A DNA stretch of 64,000 nucleotides from an uncultured candidate division Zixibacteria bacterium (GTDB taxonomy: Bacteria; Zixibacteria; MSB-5A5; GN15; PGXB01), in the NCBI GenBank assembly GCA_963702205.1, contig OY969724.1, positions 517,602-581,601 of the forward strand, in the 5' to 3' direction. Within the stretch, counting starts at the first letter, position 1. The number at the start of each line of letters is the position of its first letter. Below, piece by piece: positions 28,471-37,098 of the stretch. Under the pieces are notes generated by a model that saw only the letters and a list, made by a program, of their open reading frames with translations, made no database searches and was not told where the DNA came from. The position numbers and the translations under genes were made by a program.

Positions 28471-29811
28471 ATGAATTTCGATAGCTCGATTTTTAAAGCC
28501 TATGACATACGAGGTACATTTCCCGATCAACTAAACGCGGATATGGCGTATGCAATCGGCAATGCCCTGGCCGGATATCTCAAGCCGACGTCGATTGCCA
28601 TCGGCCGCGATATGAGGCTATCATCCGATGAGTTATTCGAAGCGCTGTCGCGGGGGATTGTCGATGCCGGGGTCGATGCCGTCGATCTGGGCCGGATCTC
28701 CACCGACGCCCTCTATTTCGCGGTCGGGAAATTCGACTATGACGGCGGCGTTATGATTACGGCCAGTCACAATCCAAAACAATATAACGGCTTTAAAATC
28801 TGCCGCAAACAGGCCCTGCCTTTGTCCGGCAAAGAGGGTTTGGATAAGATAAAGGAAATGATCGAAAACGACCAGTCCGTCAAATCGCCGTCGCGGGGGA
28901 ATATCAACCGCAAAGACGTCCTCGAGGACTATGCCGCCCACTGCCTGACGTTTATCGATGTATCGAAAATAAAACCGTTTAAGGTGGTCGTGGATGCTGG
29001 CAACGGCATGGCCGGGGCGACGGTTCCGTCCGTTTTCGAGAAGCTCCCACTGGAGATTATCCCTCTCTATTTCGATCCCGACGGGTCATTTCCCAACCAC
29101 CCCGCTTCTCCCATCGAGCTGGAAAATCTGGCCGACCTTATTAAAAAGATCAAAGAGGTCGGCGCTGATTTTGGGGCGGCTTTCGACGGTGACGCCGACC
29201 GCATGTTTCTGGTCGATAGAAACGGGCGGCAGATCGGCGGGGACATGGTTACGGCCATAGTGGCCGACAATCTTCTGAGCAAATATCCCGGCGAAACTAT
29301 TCTGTATAATATCATCTGCTCCAGGGCGGTCCCGGAACTGATCAAGAGAAAAGGCGGCACGGCCATACGCACGAGAGTTGGGCACGCCTTCATTAAGCCG
29401 CTTATGAAAAAGAATAATGCGATTTTCGGCGGCGAGCATTCAGGACATTTTTATTTTCGCGATTTCTGGTTTGCCGATTCAGGGCTGGTGGCTTTTCTGG
29501 TTTGTCTGGAACTGCTCAGCCAGAACGACAAGCCGCTTGACGAAATTGTCCGGGCCATCGACCCCTATTTTCGTTCCGGCGAGATTAACAGCCGGGTCGA
29601 ATCGGCGCGCGAAGTGATTGAAAAAGTGGCTGAGGCCTTTGCCGACGGTGAGCAGGACCGGACCGACGGCCTGACCGTATATAAGAACGATTTCTGGTTT
29701 AACCTGAGGCCGTCGAATACCGAGCCTTTGATAAGGCTTAATGTCGAGGCCAACTCTAAAGAGATTCTGGACAAGCGGACCGAGGAAATCCTGAAGATCG
29801 TCCGCACTTAA
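28471..29811 (+). CDS. phosphomannomutase/phosphoglucomutase
   Basis: It begins MNFDSSIFKAYDIRG. It has the active-site loop TASHNPKQYNGFK, the metal loop FDGDADR and the sugar loop GGEHSGH. I prefer the ATG at 28471. Confidence 0.9.
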   Translation: MNFDSSIFKAYDIRGTFPDQLNADMAYAIGNALAGYLKPTSIAIGRDMRLSSDELFEALSRGIVDAGVDAVDLGRISTDALYFAVGKFDYDGGVMITASHNPKQYNGFKICRKQALPLSGKEGLDKIKEMIENDQSVKSPSRGNINRKDVLEDYAAHCLTFIDVSKIKPFKVVVDAGNGMAGATVPSVFEKLPLEIIPLYFDPDGSFPNHPASPIELENLADLIKKIKEVGADFGAAFDGDADRMFLVDRNGRQIGGDMVTAIVADNLLSKYPGETILYNIICSRAVPELIKRKGGTAIRTRVGHAFIKPLMKKNNAIFGGEHSGHFYFRDFWFADSGLVAFLVCLELLSQNDKPLDEIVRAIDPYFRSGEINSRVESAREVIEKVAEAFADGEQDRTDGLTVYKNDFWFNLRPSNTEPLIRLNVEANSKEILDKRTEEILKIVRT

Positions 29812-29834
29812 TCATAGAAAATACTCCGTACAAG

Positions 29835-29864
29835 CCAAAGCCCCCGGTTGAATGGGGGCTTTGG
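29835..29864. terminator. hairpin between convergent genes (possible bidirectional terminator)
   Basis: The stem ccaaagccccc/gggggctttgg is 11 bp with an 8-nt loop. The flanks are A/T-rich but lack a clean U-tract. Confidence 0.5.
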
Positions 29865-29892
29865 AATTTATGCTGAAGAAGTAAAGTTTAGA

Positions 29893-32430
29893 TTACTTCA
29901 GGAGCATCATTTTTCTGGTGGCGACTTTATCGCCGGCCTTGACGGTATAGAAGTATACACCGCTGGCCAGACCGGTCGCATCCCAGGTTTCGACGACGTC
30001 ACCGATACCGTGACCGTTGATTTCGTCGACTTTCTGACCCTGGAGGTTGTAGATCGTGATGGAATAATCGGTCTCCGAGGGCAGTTCGATGCTGAAGCTG
30101 GTGCTCGGGTTGAACGGGTTCGGGTAGTTCTGCTTCAGTGCGAAATCGGTCGGCAAGACTGTGGCACTATAGATCTGTCCATAGTAGTCGGCCGCTTCGA
30201 CGCTGACCAGGGTACCACCGGAAACGTTCAAGACGTTACCGGCCTCAAGCACGTTGTGGTCCATGCTGTAAACCAGGGCCCGGGTCTGTCCATCGACATA
30301 ACCGGTCTTGATTTGCATGTTCATGGCCTCATGAGCCAGTGAAACGCTGGCCTGTCCGTCAAACACAAACAGGGCCGCACCGACCTCTTTGTTGACTCCA
30401 ACGGTACCGTCACCATAGGAGACACTAAGGTCGCCGCCGGCCGTCAGTTTGGCATACGGCAGAGCGTCGCCGACGATCACCCGAATCAGGTAAACCAGGT
30501 CAGCCACCGAAAGAACAATACCGTCGGCATTGATATCGGTCGCCGCCGTCTGACCTTCCACGTTGACCGTGAAGGCCGCCAGGCCGCTGATGAAGTAGTT
30601 GGTGAAGACTACCGCATCGGCGATTTCATTGGAAATACCGTTCAGGTTGACGTCGCCGCGGGCGTCGATGTCTTCCGAACAGATGATGTCGACACCACCG
30701 TCACGGAAGATGATCGCTCCCAGCGGGAAGTTCTTGATAACGCCTTCACTGGTTTGTGTGAAGAAATCATAACAAGTGTCAGCCGGCCCACTGTATCCAT
30801 AGGTGCCCGGGTCGGTGACCAGATCACCTTCGAAAGTATAAACGGCCTGGCCCAGATACAGCCAGTTACCGTTCTCGCTCGACAGGGTATTGTCGGCACA
30901 GTCGAGCCAGAAGAAACGGACCGGAACAAACTGACATTCCAACGTCCGATCGTTGGCCACGAAGAACTGGATCGTCGCCAGTTCGCCGGGACCGGCCACG
31001 TGATTCGGGTTGGTGACGCCGTCATTCTGCTCGCGCAGAGCGACGATGCGCATCATGCCCGAAGGACAACCGCTGCCGCAGTTCCCGAAAGGACCAAAAC
31101 GATACGTGAAATATTCAAATTCCGTGTCAATCAGATCGCCCGGAGCGGCCGACATCGCCGTCAACGCCGAAGCGTCATAAGCTACCAGGAAGTCGAAACC
31201 ACCCAGCAGATCGACAATGAACGGGCCCGTGTAGGCCGAATCGATAAAGATGGAAACCGTCGTATAGTGGCCCTGAAGTTGGTCGTGGACCTTCTCAATC
31301 GAAACCGCAAAGCCAATCACATGAATCTTATAGCAGGCCGTATCGGCATTCGTCGGACTGCACGGATCGCAGGTGTTGGCACCGTCGGTCACGCTCACGC
31401 ACAACGTGAAGTCACCGAGGTAGTCCGGCTCGTTGAGAATGTCCCAGGACCAGGCGCCGGTCGCGTCATCTAAATCCATCGTTCCGGGACCATCAAAGCT
31501 GACCAGTTCGTATAGCAGGCTCGAAGGACCGCCGTCGGGATCGCTGGCATCAACGTCACCCGTGAGGGTAACACCCCAGACGGACATAATCGTGTCAGCA
31601 TCGGCCTGCGGGTTGGTAATCTCCGGAGGAGTGTTCTGGACGCACACATTGAAGCTGCAGTCGGCGGTCGCGCCGCAAGCATCGGTTACCTGAACCGTAA
31701 CCTCATGGTCGCAAACGTCGTCGCCACCGGTCTGCCACTGATAATGACCACTCGAATTGACCGTGCCCGGACCGGCTGTGACCGCAAAGCTGAGGGCTTC
31801 GCAGCCATTAACCAGATCGTCATCGTCAAAGGTCATGTCAGCTTCAACAAGGTCGCCCCAATGAACAGTCTGGTCGCCCGGACATGAAATGGTCGGAACC
31901 TGATTGACCATCGTCACCGTGCCGGCCGTCACCGTCGTCGCCAAAGCTTCGATCGGGTCGCAGCCAACCAGAGTGGTGGCAAAGTCAATGGAACTGCCGC
32001 AGGGTGAGTCGCCGGTCAACGTCGTTGCGTCAACCGTCACCGAGCCGTCACAGACGTCAGCCATGGTCAGTGAAATCTGACCGACTACCATCGGGAACGA
32101 ACTCAGACAGGCATCACCCGCGTCAATCTTCATGGCCGCCACGTGAAACGTGCCGGTCGTCGGTTCCTGTAAGACGCGTTCATTGAGAACCGTCAAACCA
32201 CTTGCAAAGTCGAAGGCGACCGTAGTATAGTCACCGGAGACTTGAAAGACCAACTCAAATGCACTCAGATCCGTAGGACTATCAATCGTCACATTCAGTA
32301 TCACATCCGTACAGCGCTGGACATTCTTCGATTGAAACGTCACTTCTTGCGCTACCGAATAGGAGAATCCGAATACCAGAAGGAACGAGGCCAGCAGTAA
32401 AGATATGGTCAATTTTCTTTTTTGCATCAT
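29893..32430 (-). CDS. secreted multidomain protein with cohesin-like and dockerin-like modules and a T9SS C-terminal sorting domain
   Basis: 845 aa with a signal peptide. Cohesin-like stretches are LSAFELVFQVSGDY and GGFDFLVAYDASALT. A dockerin-like pair is DVNLNGISNEIADAVVFTNYF and DINADGIVLSVADLVYLIRVI. The CTD is YPNPFNPSTSFSIELP...ITIYNLQGQKV...WDATGLASGVYFYTVKAGDKVATRKMMLLK. Confidence 0.85.
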   Translation of the reverse strand: MMQKRKLTISLLLASFLLVFGFSYSVAQEVTFQSKNVQRCTDVILNVTIDSPTDLSAFELVFQVSGDYTTVAFDFASGLTVLNERVLQEPTTGTFHVAAMKIDAGDACLSSFPMVVGQISLTMADVCDGSVTVDATTLTGDSPCGSSIDFATTLVGCDPIEALATTVTAGTVTMVNQVPTISCPGDQTVHWGDLVEADMTFDDDDLVNGCEALSFAVTAGPGTVNSSGHYQWQTGGDDVCDHEVTVQVTDACGATADCSFNVCVQNTPPEITNPQADADTIMSVWGVTLTGDVDASDPDGGPSSLLYELVSFDGPGTMDLDDATGAWSWDILNEPDYLGDFTLCVSVTDGANTCDPCSPTNADTACYKIHVIGFAVSIEKVHDQLQGHYTTVSIFIDSAYTGPFIVDLLGGFDFLVAYDASALTAMSAAPGDLIDTEFEYFTYRFGPFGNCGSGCPSGMMRIVALREQNDGVTNPNHVAGPGELATIQFFVANDRTLECQFVPVRFFWLDCADNTLSSENGNWLYLGQAVYTFEGDLVTDPGTYGYSGPADTCYDFFTQTSEGVIKNFPLGAIIFRDGGVDIICSEDIDARGDVNLNGISNEIADAVVFTNYFISGLAAFTVNVEGQTAATDINADGIVLSVADLVYLIRVIVGDALPYAKLTAGGDLSVSYGDGTVGVNKEVGAALFVFDGQASVSLAHEAMNMQIKTGYVDGQTRALVYSMDHNVLEAGNVLNVSGGTLVSVEAADYYGQIYSATVLPTDFALKQNYPNPFNPSTSFSIELPSETDYSITIYNLQGQKVDEINGHGIGDVVETWDATGLASGVYFYTVKAGDKVATRKMMLLK

Positions 32431-33106
32431 TATAATGCTCCTTTAAAGACTTTAAAGTTCATTAAAGGTAATAGGTATCTTTCTGCCTGAAACAGTTAAT
32501 TACGGATTACCTGTTCCATCCGAACTTGTGCTACCGAGGTGTCGGAATTACCCCGAAACTTATCCCGTAAACCTCATGGATGACAGATGTAAAGCATGGA
32601 TGGATAGCGATTGTTAAGGTTCAACAGGATTAGTATTTATGTGAGTTTCTGGAATATCTGAAGATTACAGGATGTATCTATCTATTAGACCATCTCTAAA
32701 TCTTGTAAAGGCCATGTCTTGAAGTTCTTTTGTGGACCAACTCTATTTGCTTCTTAGAGTTGAAAGGTGCTAACCGATTCTTAACAGAAGCGTTTCTTAC
32801 AACACAACTATTCCCTGGACATCATCAAAATAACCACTAACCAACATTTGTCAAGAACTTTTATACAATATTACCATAATATGACATGACGTAGTTATGA
32901 TGCCCGGGAGAATTACATCGATTTAAGCCCGTAGTCTTTGAGCCATAAAAAACAAGACCAAGTCACTTCACGCCATTTCAAATGTCATTTTCAAAGATCC
33001 GGATAAGATATCCAGCTCGATTTTTACCGTCACGCGGAGACCTGAACATAGGCATAAAAAATGCCCCCCAAGCGCCGATTCGAGACTGACGAGGCAAAGC
33101 ATGGTA

Positions 33107-33122
33107 TGTGAATATATTCACA
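33107..33122. promoter_or_regulatory. perfect TGTGA-N6-TCACA palindrome (CRP/FNR-family consensus), site 1
   Basis: TGTGAatatatTCACA was read directly and lies inside the 800-bp ORF-free region. Confidence 0.5.
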
Positions 33123-33170
33123 ATACCTAAGCAAACAGGCAACGCACAGATCAAATTAATAACTTCATAT

Positions 33171-33186
33171 TGTGAAAAATATCACA
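33171..33186. promoter_or_regulatory. perfect TGTGA-N6-TCACA palindrome, site 2
   Basis: TGTGAaaaataTCACA lies 64 bp centre-to-centre from site 1. Confidence 0.5.
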
Positions 33187-33234
33187 TTATATGGTTTGAA
33201 TTTACCCCGAAAACTCATTAATATTTGAACGATT

Positions 33235-34512
33235 TCAGAAGGTGTATGTCAGGCTCGACGAAAGCAAATAGATGCGGTTGTCATCGGAATCAACCTTGTG
33301 CCACTGCCACTCGGATGAAAAAATCACGTCCAGCGCGAGGGCTTTCCAGACCGAAATATTGCCGATGAGGCTGACCCGATCGAAAGTATATTTGGAATAA
33401 AATTCGGGATTGTCGGGATAGGTTCTCGACCCCAATTCGTTTTCCAAAAGCAACAGAACCTGCCCATATGAGTAGTAATCTAATTCCGTGTTCAGGAGGT
33501 ATTCAAGGTAATCGTCGTCTGCCTCGAAACCGGTTTTGATCGACAGGATTTCTATCCCCGGTCCGGCCGCGAGGCTAAGATCGCCCGATACCATCTCGGC
33601 CAACAGGTCGGTTTTAATTATGGCATAATCGTCGTTTATGAATTCAGATGACGTGTAATCGAAATATTCCAGATTGCCTTTGGCCAGAATGTTGAATTTT
33701 CCGGCCACCGGCTGTCTCTGAAGAATTATTGCCGAAAGATATAAATAGTCGTTCTGGTCTTCCGGGGCGGCGTAATTTTTGTATTCCAGTGCCGCTTCGG
33801 CGTTCAGCTGGCCGCCGAAAAATGACCCCATATAGCCCGCCCCGCCCCGAACCATTTTATAATCCAGATAGGACGAATCGGGCACGGTGCGGGATTCGAG
33901 CCCGATCGAGCCATAGACATTGTTAAAGCTCGGCGTGAACCATGAAAAGTCAATTTTGCCGCCGATTCGGTGATAATTGTAGATGTAGCTTTCCAGCGAA
34001 TCGAAAGTGACTTTTTCAAGATAAGTCGTGACCTGGGTCCGGACGGCGTCGGACAGCCGGGCGCTCAGACCGATTCGGCCGTAGACCACGCTCAGATCCT
34101 CGCCGGGTTCGGCGGTGCCATCGTAGCGTTTCTTTATCTCGAGCCGGGTATCGGCCAGAAAGGCCAGAGTGTCACTGCCGGTCTTTAGCCTGCCCCAACC
34201 GACGGCCCGGAAATTCTCGGGAGTCTGTTCCCACCCGATTTCGGCCGAATTATTGACATATTTGCCGGGAGCATATTTCAGATAAACGAGACCCTTTTTG
34301 TCATCGAGATATTCGCGTTTGAGCAAGCTTAGATTGACCGAATCGACAATGCCATCGTATCGCAGGGAATCATAGAAATACTCCTGCGATATGAAATCGT
34401 AGCCGAGCCCGGCACGAATCGAAAAATCGCCGGAGTCATCGGTTCGGGCAACTCCGGCGAATAAAATCGTTCCGGCGATCGAAATCAGGATGCTGAATAT
34501 AAAGCTTTTCAA
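33235..34512 (-). CDS. predicted outer-membrane beta-barrel protein, unknown function
   Basis: 425 aa with a signal peptide (FIFSILISIAGTILFAGVA), alternating amphipathic beta pattern rich in Y/G/D, and a C-terminal ...SSSLTYTF with terminal Phe. Confidence 0.6.
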   Translation of the reverse strand: MKSFIFSILISIAGTILFAGVARTDDSGDFSIRAGLGYDFISQEYFYDSLRYDGIVDSVNLSLLKREYLDDKKGLVYLKYAPGKYVNNSAEIGWEQTPENFRAVGWGRLKTGSDTLAFLADTRLEIKKRYDGTAEPGEDLSVVYGRIGLSARLSDAVRTQVTTYLEKVTFDSLESYIYNYHRIGGKIDFSWFTPSFNNVYGSIGLESRTVPDSSYLDYKMVRGGAGYMGSFFGGQLNAEAALEYKNYAAPEDQNDYLYLSAIILQRQPVAGKFNILAKGNLEYFDYTSSEFINDDYAIIKTDLLAEMVSGDLSLAAGPGIEILSIKTGFEADDDYLEYLLNTELDYYSYGQVLLLLENELGSRTYPDNPEFYSKYTFDRVSLIGNISVWKALALDVIFSSEWQWHKVDSDDNRIYLLSSSLTYTF

Positions 34513-34516
34513 GTCT

Positions 34517-35608
34517 TTATTGCCCCAGGAGCTCCTTGGCCTTTCTGAGGTTCATCTGGGCGGCTTTAATGTGTCCGGCACAGGCGTCGGACTGGTTGTC
34601 GGCGCACAGGCGTTCCGCCGCGCTGATATGTTCGGCGGCCGATTCAAGCAGCCGGGCGGCCACACCGTCGGTCGCGCCGGCCATATCGTGAAGGCGTTCC
34701 TGTTCGGCTTTCATCTGGCGAATTTTGGTCTGAAGTTCATTTTCTCCCGCGCACAGTTCGCTGAGACGCCGATACATCTGGCGGGCCTGTTTCATATTCT
34801 GTTCGAAGCGACCGGGCGCATTCTCGGCGGCAAGCTGGCGGCAGTTGCGATAGGTTTCTTCAAGGCGGGCCATAATCTGCGCTGCTTCCGGCGACGAACA
34901 TTCGGAGGCCATCAGGCGCGCCTGTTCCATCTGCTGCTCCAGAAGTCGCAGCTGGTTTTCCATGCGCTGACCGTTGCCCTGCCCGGCCTGCATTAATTCG
35001 GTCAGTTTATTCAGCGACTTTTCCGCCTGCAGCGACAGTCTGAGGGCGGGCCGAAGCTGCCTTTTATAGTAGAGCTCCCAGGCCCGGCGCTGGTTATCGC
35101 GGGCGCTGTCGAACATTTCGGACAGGCGTTTTGGCGAGTCGGCTCCCAAATTGGCTTCGAGTCGGGACGCCAGTTGATCGGTTTTTTCAAGCTGGCGCTG
35201 GACTATATTTTCATTGTCCTCGGTCTGGCTGTTCAGACGATCCCGGGCTTCTTTAATGATATTAATTGCACGCCAGGCTTTATCGCGCGCCTGTTGGGTG
35301 AGTTTGAGGCTGGCGCCGATGATAACGGCGGCATCGGAATTGAGACCGTTGCGGGCGCTGGTTTGCATCTGTTCGGCGTTGTTTAATACCTTCTGGGCCA
35401 GTCCAACCGAAATTCGCACGATCTGATACTGGCGGTACTGCGAGGCTTCGGCGATGACGTTCTGTGCCCGCTCGATAACCTGCTGACTGCGATCATACTC
35501 ACCTTTCAGACGCTCCCGGGCGGCGTCCGTATTTTGAGCCGAGAGTACGGAAGGCAGCAGAATCATGGCTGTTATAAGCGATATTATAAATTTTTTTGAC
35601 CCGTTCAT
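34517..35608 (-). CDS. secreted all-helical repeat protein with paired Cys, unknown function
   Basis: 363 aa with a signal peptide ending LSAQN. The sequence is Q/R/A/E/L-rich and helical, with recurring ...A(Q/R)xM...C segments (CSSPEAAQIMARLEETYRNC, LCAGENE, LCADNQSDAC). Confidence 0.6.
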   Translation of the reverse strand: MNGSKKFIISLITAMILLPSVLSAQNTDAARERLKGEYDRSQQVIERAQNVIAEASQYRQYQIVRISVGLAQKVLNNAEQMQTSARNGLNSDAAVIIGASLKLTQQARDKAWRAINIIKEARDRLNSQTEDNENIVQRQLEKTDQLASRLEANLGADSPKRLSEMFDSARDNQRRAWELYYKRQLRPALRLSLQAEKSLNKLTELMQAGQGNGQRMENQLRLLEQQMEQARLMASECSSPEAAQIMARLEETYRNCRQLAAENAPGRFEQNMKQARQMYRRLSELCAGENELQTKIRQMKAEQERLHDMAGATDGVAARLLESAAEHISAAERLCADNQSDACAGHIKAAQMNLRKAKELLGQ

Positions 35609-35642
35609 TTTCCTCTCCTTTGTTATCCCAAAGAAGATATAC

Positions 35643-35658
35643 TCAAATTGTATGCCAA
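35643..35658 (-). promoter_or_regulatory. weak sigma-54 (-24/-12)-like element upstream of the helical-protein/OMP pair
   Basis: The minus strand reads TTGGCAT-ACAAT-TTGA with correct spacing to TGGCAC-N5-TTGC. The -12 GC is GA. It lies about 37 nt upstream of the ATG at 35608 and next to an NtrC-type regulator. Confidence 0.25.
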
Positions 35659-35763
35659 CAGTGCCGCTACCGGTAAGGCTTTGCTATTCATAATATTATA
35701 TCGTTGCTTGTCAGAGTTGACCAACTTTATTAGTACCCCACGGTACACTTTGAACCGAATGGC

Positions 35764-37092
35764 TCATTTTATCCCGTGATATTTCATCCGCGAATACAGT
35801 CTTCGGCGGGTGATTTTGAGCAGTTTGGCCGCCTCGGTTTTATTCCCGTTTGCCTTTTGAAGAGCATCAAGGATCATCTGTTTCTCGGCCGATTCCAAAC
35901 CGGAAGTACCAGCTGAATCGGGTGCATCGAGCGGGGCCATCTCGGTTTCATCGTCGATGTTTATATGTTCCAATTCGATCGGCTCTCCCCCGGCCAAAAT
36001 TAAAGCCCGCTCGAGAATGTTTTTCAGTTCCCTGATATTTCCCGGCCAGCTGTAACCGGCCAGCATGGCGATAACCTCATCGCTTAGGGCTGGGTGCCGG
36101 TAACCCTGTTTTTCCAGAAAGTACGCGGCGAGCTTTCCTATGTCTTCACGACGCCGGGCCAAAGACGGCATCTCGATCGGAAAAACATTGAGCCGGAAAA
36201 AGAGGTCTTCGCGGAAATTACTCTGTTTGATTTCTTCTTTCAGGTTGCGGTTGGTCGCGGCGATGACGCGCACGTCGGTCTTGACCGGGTCGACCCCGCC
36301 CACTCGGACGAATTGTTTTTCTTCGAGCACGCGCAGCAACTTGGCCTGTAGAGATGGCGACATCTCGCCGATCTCGTCAAGGAAAATGGTGCCACTGTCG
36401 GCCAGCTCGAATCTCCCCCGTTTTCGGGCCACCGCCCCGGTGAAGGAACCTTTTTCGTGACCGAATAATTCGGACTCCAGAAGTGTCTCGGTTAAGGCAG
36501 CGCAGTTGACTGCGATATATGGCCTGCCGTTCCTTCGCGAATTCTCATGGATGAGATTAGCGGCCAGTTCCTTGCCGGTTCCTGATTTGCCGGTCAACAG
36601 GACGGTCGTGTCGGTGGGGGCGACTTTGGAGATAAGATCCAGGAGCTTCCTGGCGGCCGGGGAATTACCGATAAATCGGTCGGATGAAATTTCTCTGATG
36701 TCATGGCTCAGCATCCCCGAAAGGGCTTCCAGTTTCTGGCGATCGGACAGCTTGCGGCAAAGTTTGACCAGAAGGTCCATCGAGAACGGCTTCAGAATAT
36801 AATCGGCGGCACCCTTTTTCATGGCCTCGACCGCGGTTTCGACGGTGCCGTAGGCGGTCATAATGACGACATCGACATCACCCTTCTTCTTCGCCGCTTC
36901 GAGCACTTCAAGCCCGGAAACGCCGGGCATAGAAAGGTCGGTTATGACAATATCGAAGGATCGCTCATTGATAAGTCTCAACCCTTCCGACGGATCACTT
37001 ACAGCCGTGGCAGAAAAGCCCTCGTCGGTCAGGGATTTTTCCACCAAGTATCCCATTTTAGGCTCATCATCTATAATCAATATATTGGCCAT
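35764..37092 (-). CDS. sigma-54-dependent response regulator (NtrC/AtoC family)
   Basis: 442 aa with a receiver domain (ILIIDDE...DIVITDLSMPG), an AAA+ domain (GKSGTGKE, ESELFGHEKGSFTGA) and a Fis HTH (GNKTEAAKLLKITRRRLYSRMKYHGI). Confidence 0.9.
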   Translation of the reverse strand: MANILIIDDEPKMGYLVEKSLTDEGFSATAVSDPSEGLRLINERSFDIVITDLSMPGVSGLEVLEAAKKKGDVDVVIMTAYGTVETAVEAMKKGAADYILKPFSMDLLVKLCRKLSDRQKLEALSGMLSHDIREISSDRFIGNSPAARKLLDLISKVAPTDTTVLLTGKSGTGKELAANLIHENSRRNGRPYIAVNCAALTETLLESELFGHEKGSFTGAVARKRGRFELADSGTIFLDEIGEMSPSLQAKLLRVLEEKQFVRVGGVDPVKTDVRVIAATNRNLKEEIKQSNFREDLFFRLNVFPIEMPSLARRREDIGKLAAYFLEKQGYRHPALSDEVIAMLAGYSWPGNIRELKNILERALILAGGEPIELEHINIDDETEMAPLDAPDSAGTSGLESAEKQMILDALQKANGNKTEAAKLLKITRRRLYSRMKYHGIK

Positions 37093-37098
37093 TGTCTC

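Noticed and set aside
32556-33222. Direct repeats of about 20 nt (gaatt(t)accccgaaa(a)ct) as att or target-site duplications bounding the ORF-free region
   Set aside because: The shared core is only 9 nt plus gapped flanks. Matches of that size are expected by chance within 800 bp. I note them but do not claim them.
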